Of a DNA stretch of 64,000 bases, positions 14,629 through 26,700 are shown piece after piece. Each line of letters begins with the position of its first letter. Position 1 is the first letter of the stretch. The stretch comes from Chrysomallon squamiferum (Eukaryota; Animalia; Mollusca). Under the pieces are notes generated by a model, which searched no databases, was not told the origin of the DNA, and was given only the letters and a program-made list of their open reading frames with translations. The position numbers and the translations under genes were made by a program. Location of the stretch: assembly GCA_012295275.1 (NCBI GenBank), contig CM022668.1, positions 10,478,001-10,542,000 on the forward strand. The letters run 5' to 3'.

Positions 14629-16689
14629 TATAACAACATTTCTCGAAACCTTGTGAATTCATCTATATAGAACGTTAATATTAATTAATTATTATTTTAT
14701 TTTATTTTATTTTATTTTATTTTATTTTATTTTTTTATTTTTATTGTTGTTGTTGTTGTTGTTTTTGTTTTGTTGTATTTTTTTATTATTATTTTGTTAC
14801 CATCAGCCTGAATTTACTTAAGAAGTTTTCCTACTTATCCATTTCCTCTTGTGTTTCTGTGTGTGTGTGTGTGTGGGTGTGTGATGGTGTGTCTGTGTAT
14901 GTATGTGTATGGATGTATAAAAGGAATACACAAATATATAAATACTGTATATTAACAATGTATTTATTGTTTAAACTTTCAAACTTTGATCCTGTACCTT
15001 TCTCTGTTTACCTGCACTTTCTGTATTGTAGAATTATTTGCCTAATATAATGAGCTTTTTTCATTGTCATGAATTAACATTTAAAAAGGCAGATTACATC
15101 TAAGTGTGACAGCTTTTTTTAATGCTTCATTCATTCCTTTTTCATTCATTCAGACTTTATCTGCTTGTTGTAGGAAATATGTCAGAACAACATTCAAGAA
15201 GGGATATTATGTGTGTTCTCTCATATACTTCAGATCAGAAACAAAATATGACAGTTGGGTGCACTAATCAATGAGGTAAAAAGAAAAGAAAGATTAAAAG
15301 TAAATGGTGGTTTTATTTCTGTAATCAAGTGAATAAGAAAGGAGTTTGAATAATAATAATAATAATGACAACAACAACAACAATAATAATAATAATAATA
15401 ATAATGACAATAACAAGAATCATAATAATAATAATTATTATTATTATTGTTCTTGTTGTTTTACTTGAAATGCTGTTGTTGTTAATCATAGTAATAATAA
15501 TATATATTTCTGTCAGCCAGTGTGTTTTCCTTTCTGTTTCATTATGTTAAAAATATCCATTTGAATAATATTTATACTTCTTTGCAGAAAAAGAAACAGA
15601 AAAATTATGCAACATGAAACGTGAGTATATGAATTCTAGGATTTGTTTTATGTTAATTGTGTCACATCAACTTGTATATAACAGACATTTAGTCAGTGTT
15701 AAAAAAAGAAATGAAATTAAAATGTTAAAAGAAGAACAAAACATTTCTTTATACTTATTTAACCACGCCTTGTCAAATCATAACAAAGAATGGAAACATT
15801 CAATCACTTCCCCAGAAAATTGTTATTTAGAGTAATCTGGTTTGGAAAGCTGACATTTCTAGCAGGTGTCGTCCGAGATAGCGTCCTTTCAGTTTTGACA
15901 ATTTTGACAAAAATGGGCGAAGGTGCCACTATTCAAATGACAAATATATGACTTCATTCTACATGCTCACAAGAAATAACTGCATATTTATTTACATATA
16001 ATAATAATAATAATATAAATATATAACAACATTTCTCAAAACCTTTTGAATTCATCTATATAGAACGTTAATATTAATTAATTATTATTTTATTTTATTT
16101 TATTTTATTTTTTGTTGTTGTTCTTGTTGTTGTTTTTGTTTTGTTGTATTTTTTTTATTATATCTGTTACCATCAGCCTGAATTTAGTTAAGAAGTTTTC
16201 CTACTTATACATTTCCTTGTGTGTGTGTGGGTGTGGGTGTGATGGTGTGTCTGTGTATGTATGTGTATAGATGTATAAAAGGAATACACAAATATATAAA
16301 TACTGTATATTAACAATCTATTTATTGTTTAAACTTTCAAACATTGCTGCTCTACCTTTTTCTGTTTACCTGCACTTTCTGTATTGTAGAATTATTTGCC
16401 TAATATAATGGGCTTTTTTCATTGTCATGAATTAACATTTAAAAAGGCAGATTACATCTACGGGTGACAGCATTTTTTAATGCTTCATTCATTCAGACTT
16501 TATCTGCTTGTTGTAGGAAATATGTCAGAACAACATTCAAGAAGGGATATGATGTGTGTGCTCTATGGTACATCAGATCAGAAACAAAACATGACAGTGG
16601 GGTGCACTAATCAAGGAGGAAAAAAGAAAAGAAAGATTAAAAGTAAATGGTGGTTTTATTTCTGTAATCAAGTGAATAAGAAAGGAGTT

Positions 16690-16728
<39 letters not shown>

Positions 16729-18078
16729 GTGACAACAACAACAACAACAACAATAATAATAATAAAAATAATAATATTAATATGAATTATTATTAGTAGT
16801 AGTAGTACTAGTAGTATTGTTATTATTGTTGTTGTTGTTTTTTCTCTTCAAATGTTGTTATTGTTGTTAATCATAGGAATAATAATATATATTTCTGTCT
16901 GCCTGTGTTTTTTTGTCTCCGTTTCATTATATGTTAAAAATAGCGATTTAAATAATATTTATACTTCTTTGCAGCAATAGAAACAGAAAAATTATCCAAC
17001 ATGAAACGTGAGTATATGAATTCTTGCATTCTTTTTATGTTAATTGTGTCATATCAACTTCTATATAACAGACATTTAGTCAGTGTTAAAAAACGAAACG
17101 AAATTAAAATGTTAAAAGAAGAACGAAACATTTCTTTATACTTATTTAACCACGCCGTGTCAAATCATAACAAAGAATGGAAACATTCAATCACAGTCGC
17201 AGAAAATTGTTATTTAGAGTAATCTCGTTTGGAAAGCTGACATTTCTAGCAGGTGTGGTCCGAGATAGTGTTCTTTCAGTTTTGACAATTTTGACAAAAA
17301 TGGGCGAAGATGCCACTATTCAAATGACAAATATATGACTTCATTCTACATGCTCAAAAGAAATAACTGCATATTTATTTACATATAATAATAATAATAA
17401 TAATAATAATATATAACAACATTTCTCAAAACCTTTTGAATTCATCTATATAGAACGTTAATATTAATTAATTATTATTTTATTTTATTTTATTTTATTT
17501 TTTGTTGTTGTTCTTGTTGTTGTTTTTGTTTTGTTGTATTTTTTTGTTTTTTTTTGTTACCATCAGCCTGAATTTATTTAAGAGGTTTTCCTACTTATAC
17601 ATTTCCTTGTGTGTGTGTGGGTGTGGGTGTGATGGTGTGTCTGTGTATGTATGTGTATAGATGTATAAAAGGAATACACAAATATATAAATACTGTATAT
17701 TAACAATCTATTTATTGTTTAAACTTTCAAACATTGCTGCTCTACCTTTCTCTGTTTACCTGCACTTTCTGTATTGTAGAATTATTTGCCTAATATAATG
17801 GCTTTTTTCATTGTCATGAATTAACATTTAAAAAGGCAGATTACATCTACGGGTGACAGCATTTTTTGATGCTTCATTCATTCAGACTTTATCTGCTTGT
17901 TGTAGGAAATATGTCAGAACAACATTCAAGAAGGGATATTATGTGTGTGCTCTCATATACTTCAGATCAGAAACAAAACATGACAGTGGGGTGCACTAAT
18001 CAAGGAGGAAAAAAGAAAAGAAAGATTAAAAGTAAATGGTGGTTTTATTTCTGTAATCAAGTGAATAAGAAAGGAGTT

Positions 18079-18121
<43 letters not shown>

Positions 18122-18135
18122 TAATAATAATAATG

Positions 18136-18170
<35 letters not shown>

Positions 18171-19515
18171 AATAATAATAATAATATTAATATGAATTAT
18201 TATTAGTAGTAGTAGTACTAGTAGTATTGTTATTATTGTTGTTGTTGTTTTTTCTCTTCAAATGTTGTTATTGTTGTTAATCATAGGAATAATAATATAT
18301 ATTTCTGTCTGACTGTGTTTTTTTGTCTCCGTTTCATTATATGTTAAAAATAGCGATTTAAATAATATTTATACTTCTTTGCAGCAATAGAAACAGAAAC
18401 ATTATCCAACATGAAACGTGAGTATATGAATTCTTGCATTCTTTTTATGTTAATTGTGTCATATCAACTTCTATATAACAGACATTTAGTCAGTGTCAAA
18501 AAACGAAACGAAATTAAAATGTTAAAAGAAGAACGAAACATTTCTTTATTTTCATTTAACCACGCCGTGTCAAATCATAACAAAGAATGGAAACATTCAA
18601 TCACAGTCGCAGAAAATTGTTATTTAGAGTAATCTCGTTTGGAAAGCTGACATTTCTAGCAGGTGTGGTCCGAGATAGTGTTCTTTCAGTTTTGACAATT
18701 TTGACAAAAATGGGAGAAGATGCCACTATTCAAATGACAAATATATGACTTCATTCTACATGCTCACAAGAAATAACTGCATATTTATTTACATATAATA
18801 ATAATAATAATAATATAAATATATAACAACATTTCTCGAACCCTTGTGAATTCATCTATATAGAATGTTAATATTAATTAATTATTATTTTATTTTATTT
18901 TATTTTATTTTGTTTTTTATTTTTGTTGTTGTTGTTGTTGTTTTTGTTTTGTTGTATTTTTTTTTTATTATATCTGTTACCATCAGCCTGAATTTAGTTA
19001 AGAAGTTTTGCTACTTATACATTTCCTTGTGTGTGTGTGTGTGGGGGGGGTGATGGTGTGTCTGTGTATGTATGTGTATAGATGTATAAAAGGAATACAC
19101 AAATATATAAATACTGAATATTAACAATGTATTTATTGTTTAAACTTTCAAACTTTGCTGCTGTACCTTTTTCTGTTTACCTGCACTTTATGTATTGTGG
19201 AATTATTCGCCTAATATAATGGGCTTTTTTCATTGTCATGAATTAACATTTAAAAAGGCAGATTACATCTAAGTGTGACAGCATTTTTTAATGCTTCATT
19301 CATTCCTTTTTCATTCATTCAGACTTTATCTGCTTGTTGTAGGAAATATGTCAGAACAGCATTCAAGAAGGGATATGATATGTGGGCTCTATGGTACATC
19401 AGATCTGAAAGAAAACATGACAGTGGGGTGCACTAATCAAGGAGGAAAAAAGAAAAGGAAGATTAAAAGTAAATGGTGGTTTTATTTCTGTAATCAAGTG
19501 AATAAGAAAGGAGTT

Positions 19516-19570
<55 letters not shown>

Positions 19571-21418
19571 CAACAACAACAACAACAACAATAATAATAA
19601 TAATAATGACAATAACAAGAATCATAATAATAATAATTATTATTATTATTGTTCTTGTTGTTTTTCTTGAAATGCTGTTGTTGTTAATCATAGTAATAAT
19701 AATATATATTTCTGTCAGCCAGTGTGTTTTTCTCTCTGTTTCATTATGTTAAAAATATCCATTTGAATAATATTTATACTTCTTTGCAGAAAAAGAAACA
19801 GAAAAATTCTCCAACATGAAACGTGAGTATATGAATTCTTGAATTATTTTTATGTTAATTGTGTCGTATCAACTTGTATATAATAGACATTTAATCAGTG
19901 TTCAAAAAGAAATGAAATTAAAATGTTAAAAGAAGAACAAAACATTTCTTTATACTTATTAAACCACGCCATGTCAAATCATAACAAACAATGGAAACAT
20001 TCTATCACAGACCCAGCAAATTGTTATTTAGAGTAATCTGGTTTGGAAAGCTGACATTTCTAGCAGGTGTGGTCCCAGATAGTGTTCTTTCAGTTTTGAC
20101 AATTTTGACAAAAATGGGCGAAGGTGCCACTATTCAAATGACAAATATATGACTTCATTCTACATGCTCACAAGAAATAACTGCATATTTATTTACATAT
20201 AATAATAATAATAATATAAATATATAACAACATTTGTCGAAACCTTGTGAATTCATCTATATAGAACGTTAATATTAATTAATTATTATTTTTTTAATTT
20301 AATTTTATTTTATCTTATTTTTTTTATTTTTGTTCTTGTTGTTGTTTTTGTTTTGTTGTATTTTTTTTTTTATTATTTTGTTACCATCAGCCTGAATTTA
20401 GTTAAGAAGTTTTGCTACTTATACATTTCCTTGTGTGTGTGTGTGTGGGGGGGTGATGGTGTGTCTGTGTATGTATGTGTATAGATGTATAAATGGAATA
20501 CACAAATATATGAATACTGTATATTAACAATGTATTTATTATTTAAACTTTCAAACTTTGCTGCTGTACCTTTTTCTGTTTACCTGCACTTTCTGTATTG
20601 TAGAATTATTTGCCTAATATAATGGGCTTTTTTTCATTGTCATGAATTAACATTTAAAAAGGCAGATTCCATCTAAGTGTGACAGCATTTTTTAATGCTT
20701 CATTCATGCCTTTTTCTTTCATTCAGACTTTATCTGCTTGTTGTAGGAAATATGTCAGAACAACATTCAAGAAAGGATGTGATGTGTGTGCTCTCACATA
20801 CTTCAGATCAGAAACAAAACATGACAGTTGGGTGCACTAATCAATGAGGAAAAAAGAAAAGAAAGATTAAAAGTAAATGGTGGTTTTATTTCTGTAATCA
20901 AGTGAATAAGAAAGGAGTTTGAATAATAATAATAATAATAATAATAATGACAACAACAACAACAACAACAATAATAATAATAATAATAACAATGACAATA
21001 ACAAGAATCATAATAATAATAATTATTATTATTATTGTTCTTGTTGTTTTTCTTGAAATGCTGTTATTGTTGTTAATCATAGTAATAATAATATATATTT
21101 CTGTCAGCCAGTGTGTTTTCCTTTCTGTTTCATTATGTTAAAAATATCCATTTGAATAATATTTATACTTCTTTGCAGAAAAAGAAACAGAAAAATTATG
21201 CAACATGAAACGTGAGTATATGAATTCTAGGATTTGTTTTATGTTAATTGTGTCACATCAACTTGTATATAACAGACATTCAGTCAGTGTTAAAAAAAGA
21301 AATGAAATTAAAATGTTAAAAGAAGAACGAAACATTTCTTTATACTTATTTAACCATGCCGTGTCAAATCAAAACAAGCAATGAAAAAATTCAATCAGAG
21401 TCGCAGAAAATTGTTATT
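10678..21418. repeat. Tandem array family B, ~1.39 kb unit, ~8 copies
   Basis: Marker ...aacatgaaacgtgagtatatg recurs with its exon-like 33-mer starting at 11457, 12820, 14189, 15588, 16975, 18385, 19790 and 21179 (spacing 1363-1410 bp). Units differ mainly in AAT/ACA/GT microsatellite length. Confidence 0.95.
11010..21211 (+). other. Candidate repeated exon pair (126 nt + 33 nt, both phase 1-1) in each family B unit
   Basis: 126-nt segments ttgttgtag|GAAAT...|gtaaat start at 11010, 12403, 13783, 15174, 16517, 17906, 19343, 20747. 33-nt segments cttctttgcag|...AAC|gtgagt start at 11457, 12820, 14189, 15588, 16975, 18385, 19790, 21179. Three of the 126-nt copies (3, 4, 8) carry in-frame stops. 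No protein family recognised. Confidence 0.35.
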
Positions 21419-23750
21419 AAATAAGAAATAGATAATTTTTAACAGAACTTCTCTATTCACTAATAAGGAATTTTCTATGTTAAACTGCACTGTAATAATG
21501 TAAAATTATTGCTTTATTGTATCAAAACAACAGTACAAAGTTTTTATTTCGTTTTATCCATTATTAGCTTTACTGTACCAGCTGACCTGAGTAATGACGA
21601 AGCCATCACTGGAGCCCTTCTGTGGGTCTCGTTTATACCAGAAATGAATATCATTGTACCAATAAAACTACACAGCAAAGGAATAATTTACAACAACAAC
21701 AAAATGATAACCACTCACATTTTATGAAATTCCCTGTTAACGAAATCAACAGCTTTCTTTCTACTGAACCTCGCGTTTTTTCTCAGCACACAAGCGGATC
21801 AAACCAATATTTCAACAAAGAAAGTCAATGATTTTCATTCTTTCAGTTTCATGTTTAATTTTAACTTTCTTTGTAATTGTAATATACAAATATAAAGTTC
21901 CACTACTGAAAAAAACTAAACATGTTACAATAAAAAAATAAAATATATATGTTTTTGTTCTTTTATGAAATTCAGTATTAAAAAAGAAACGATTTACTTA
22001 ATACTTTATATGTTAAACAGTTTATTTTTTTTTAAAGTTTATTTTTCTTATGTAATTATTGTCATATAATCATGATTATCGTTATAATAATCACAATCAT
22101 CATTATTTTTATTATTATTATTATTATTATTATGGTTCTTATTATTATTATTATTATTATTACTACTATTAATAATAATATTATCATCATCATAATTATC
22201 TTTACCATCATCATTATTAGTATCATCATAATCTACATAAAAATACTATTAAGACTGGGTTATTTATAAGGGGAAATAATTTGTCAACAAACAATGAAAT
22301 GAAAGTTCGAGAACTACTTAGTAAACGATAGTGTTTTTAGTCATCAAAACGGTGAGAATAATTTAGTTACCGTTACCTCTGTAACACTTGTGGTAACTTC
22401 TACATTAGTAAATATTCTTGAGCCACAATTTTTAAAATGTGGATATATTTGTATTTATCCGTTCAGGTGTTTACCCTTGAAACACTGAAGTATTAACAGA
22501 CCTACCGAAAATTTATGTTTATAGCAACTGTCCCAAAAAAAATAAAAAATGTTATTAGGTACATAAAATTGTTTATATTCTCCTAGCTATTCTTACTGCA
22601 CTATATGAATTTAAAATTACTACTTTACTGTAACAAAACAACAGTACAAATGTTATTTATATTTCGTTTTATCCATTATTAGCTTTACTGTACCAGCTGA
22701 CCTGAGTAATGACGAAGTCATCACTGGAGCCCTTCTGTGGGTCTCGTTTATACCAGACATGAATATCATTGTACCAACCAAACTACAGAGCAAAGGAATA
22801 ATTTACAACAACAACAACAAAATGTTAACCACTCACATTTTGTGAAATTCACTGTTAAAATAATCAACAGCTTTCTTTCTGCTGAACCCCGCGTTTTTTT
22901 CTCAGCACACAAGCGGATCAAACCAATATTTCAACAAAGAAAGTCAATGATTTTCATTCTTTCAGTTTCATCTTTAATTTTTACTTTCACTGACATTCTT
23001 AGGTACAAATAACAAGTTCCACTATTGACAAAACTAAACATGTTACTATAAAAAAATATGTCTTTTAACAATGTCTGAATTAACAATTAAAAAGATTTAC
23101 TTAATACTTAGTACGTTAAACCGTTTTAAAAAAAAATTATATTTTTTTCTAATTTTATTATTGTCATATAGTCATCATTATAGTTATAATAATAATCATC
23201 ATCATTATTTTATTATAATTATGATCATGACGGTTATTATTTTTATTATCATCATCATCATCATCATAATTAGTACCATCATAACCTAAATAAAAAATAT
23301 AGACTGCGTTTTTTATAAGGGGAAATAATGTGTACTTAGCAAACGATCGTGTTTTTAGACAAGAAAAAAGTGACAATAATTTAGACATTGTTACCTTTGT
23401 AACACTTTGAAACACTTGTGGTAATTTCTACATTCGTAAATTTTCTTGATCCACAATTTTTAAAATGTGAATGTATTTGTATTTATCCGTTCAGGTGTTT
23501 ACCCTTGAAACACGGAAGTATTAATAGATATACCGAATCTTTATCTTTATAGCAACTGTCACACACAAAAATATATATATATATAATTAGGTACATAAAA
23601 CTGTTTATATTCTCATAGCTATTTTATAGTGTTGGACTTTCAAACTGATATTTATAGTTAAAATGGACATTTGTAATTAAGAGTTTCAAGCCTAATAACA
23701 GTTCTAAACTTGTGCAGGCATGTTACTATGTTAAAATAATAATTTTCTAT
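21415..23750. repeat. Diverged, rearranged family A copies
   Basis: Family A motifs (gtcatcactggagcccttctgtgggtctc; cagcacacaagcggatcaaaccaatatttc; gaaagttcgagaactacttagtaaacg) occur twice, more diverged than the 4-10 kb copies. Confidence 0.85.
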
Positions 23751-23754
23751 TCTA

Positions 23755-26700
23755 TCTAGTGAGTTATTTTTGTAAAACTCTTATTTTTATATTCCGATTT
23801 AAAGCAGAATGACTGCAACATTTTTTAGTAAGTATATTATTATATTACAGTAAGAGTTATAAAGCTATAGCGTATACTCGTGTTTACAAATTCACATTTT
23901 TACAGTTCTTCAATGATTACCTAATTAAAGTCGGAATATGGTGATAACAACATAAAAATATTTCAACCATTAAACGTATTTTTATTTATCTTCTTTATCG
24001 TTATCGCTGTTACAACCATCCCCATCTTCATTATTGTTATTATCATTATTATGATAATGGTTGTTATTGTTATTATTATTATTGTGATAACTAAACATGA
24101 GAGAGTATGGGAGCCATATATATTTCGGCGAATATTTTACCGAGGATCTTTTGATCTGTGCGCAGTCTTGCAGACACTTTGTCTGAGAGACGTGTTCTCA
24201 GGACAAAAGATCACTCGTGGTACGGTAATCATGTTTAAATATCTTTTATGTAACCTACATGCTCGCTGATGGAACGTAGCCAAGTATATTTCTGTTGAAT
24301 ATTATATAGAGTTATTCTGTGATACTTACTGACACTTGAAAACTAAGTAACAAACTAACAAACTAAGATAACTTATTTTAATAACTAAAAGCTTAGATAG
24401 AAAGTTGACGTAACTAACGGGGCTTAATTAGAACAGTATTTATCAATGTTATTTGCATTTATATTATCTCGTGAGATTAATTCGATTGAAGTATATTTGA
24501 TACACAAAGAAATTACCCATATTCAATTCTTGTTTTCCTTATTATTCTCTAGTCGATACAGTCTACTCATTTAGTAGTTTAATCTGTATCAGATCGCTAA
24601 CATCTTGTCATGTGAAGCTATTACAGTATTTAACCCTTTTGACAGGACGAACCAACGTTAAGGTATTAATACCAGTCAGACTAGTAACCGTGACAGTAAT
24701 GTCTTTGTATTTCATGCATGAGATTAAACTGATAAGTGTCATTCCGTGTGTATCTATTCGGGGTCACCTCACTGTGCCCGCACATATTGTTATATCTTAC
24801 AGAAGCAGTCAAGAATAGCAAATGATAAAACAGTAGGGGATTACAATATTGTTTATTTTCCAAAAGTCGAACAATGAACTGATAACATTTCACAGTCCGG
24901 GAGACGGAATCAGAATATTCTATTTAATTCAATCACAGTATGTTTGTAATTTCGACCTTCGAACTTTGACATTTTTAGCTGATATCTCTGCAAAAGATGA
25001 ACCGACGTTTCTAGTGTTGTTGGATATTACTTGGTGATATCTGCAATTTAGTTTGAAGGTTCATAACCGTTTGAACTTTATTTAATCTTGTGGATAATGT
25101 GACACTGAATTGGTCTTCAGTCAAACGTTTAGGTCTGTTATTAAATAAGAAACAGATAATATTTAAAAAGAAAATATTCATTCACTAATAACAAATTTTG
25201 AGTGTCAAACTCCACTATAATAATGTAAATTTACTGCTTTGTGGTAACAAAACAAAAGTACAAAGTTTATTTTTATTTCGGTTTTTTTCCGTGTTGGACT
25301 GTATTGTACCAACAACGGTAAAAACTGGATTAATTATAAGGGGAAATAATCCGTCGACAAAAAAGGAAATTAAAGTTCGAGAAGTACTTACTAAACGATT
25401 CTCTCTTTAGTCAAGAAAAATCTGAGAATCTCGTTAGTTTCTCTTTGCCAGATTTGTTTTTAATAATAATCTTGTGTTCTAACAGTGAATTATTTTTGTA
25501 AAACTCTTATTTTTATATTCCGATTTAATGCAGAATGACTGCTACATTTTATATTAAGTATAATATTATATGACAGTAATAGTTATAAAGCTATAGTGTA
25601 ATAATGTTTACAAATTCACATTTTTACAGTTCTTCAGTGTTTAGCTAATTAATGTCTGAATATGGTGATAACAACACAAAACTACTTGAGCCATTTAACG
25701 CATTTTTATTTATCTTCTTTATCATTATCATTATCGCTGTTATAATCATCACCATCTTCACTATTTTTATTATCATGATAATGGTTGTTATTTTTATTAT
25801 TATTATTGTGATAACTAAACAGCAGAGAGTATGGAAGCCATATATATTTGGCGCGTATTTTAACGAGGATCTTTTGATCAGTGCGCAGTCTTGCAGACAC
25901 GTTGTCTGAGAGACGTGTTCTCAGGACAAAAGATCACTCATGGTACGGTAATCATGTTTAAATATCTTTTATGTAACCTACATGCTCGCTGATGGAACGT
26001 AGCCAAGTATATTTCTGTTGAATATTATATAGAGTTATTCTGTGATACTTACTGACACTTGAAAACTAAGTAACAAACTAACAAACTAAGATAACTTATT
26101 TTAATAACTAAAAGCTTAGATAGAAAGTTGACGTAACTAACGGGGCTTAATTAGAACAGTATTTATCAATGTTATTTGCATTTATATTATCTCGTGAGAT
26201 TAATTCGATTGAAGTATATTTGATACACAAAGAAATTACCCATATTCAATTCTTGTTTTCCTTATTATTCTCTAGTCGATACAGTCTACTCATTTAGTAG
26301 TTTAATCTGTATCAGATCGCTAACACCTTGTCACGTGAAGCTATTACAGTATTTAACCCTTTTGACAGGACGAACCAACGTTAAGGTATTGATACCAGTC
26401 AGACTAGTAACCGTGACAGTAATGTCTTTGTATTTCATGCATGAGATTAAACTGATAAGTGTCATTCCGTGTGTATCTATTCGGGGTCACCTCACTGTGC
26501 CCGCACATATTGTTATATCTTACAGAAGCAGTCAAGAATAGCAAATGATAAAACAGTAGGGGATTACAATATTGTTTATTTTCCAAAAGTCCAACAATGA
26601 ACTGATAACAGTTCACAGTCCGGGAGACGGAATCAGAATATTCTATTTAATTCAATCACAGTATGTTTGTAATTTCGACCTTCGAACTTTGACATTTTTA

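Noticed and set aside
24141-24290. Hammerhead ribozyme or tRNA in the family C hairpin region
   Set aside because: No CUGAUGA...GAAA core with proper stems and no tRNA A/B-box cloverleaf seen.
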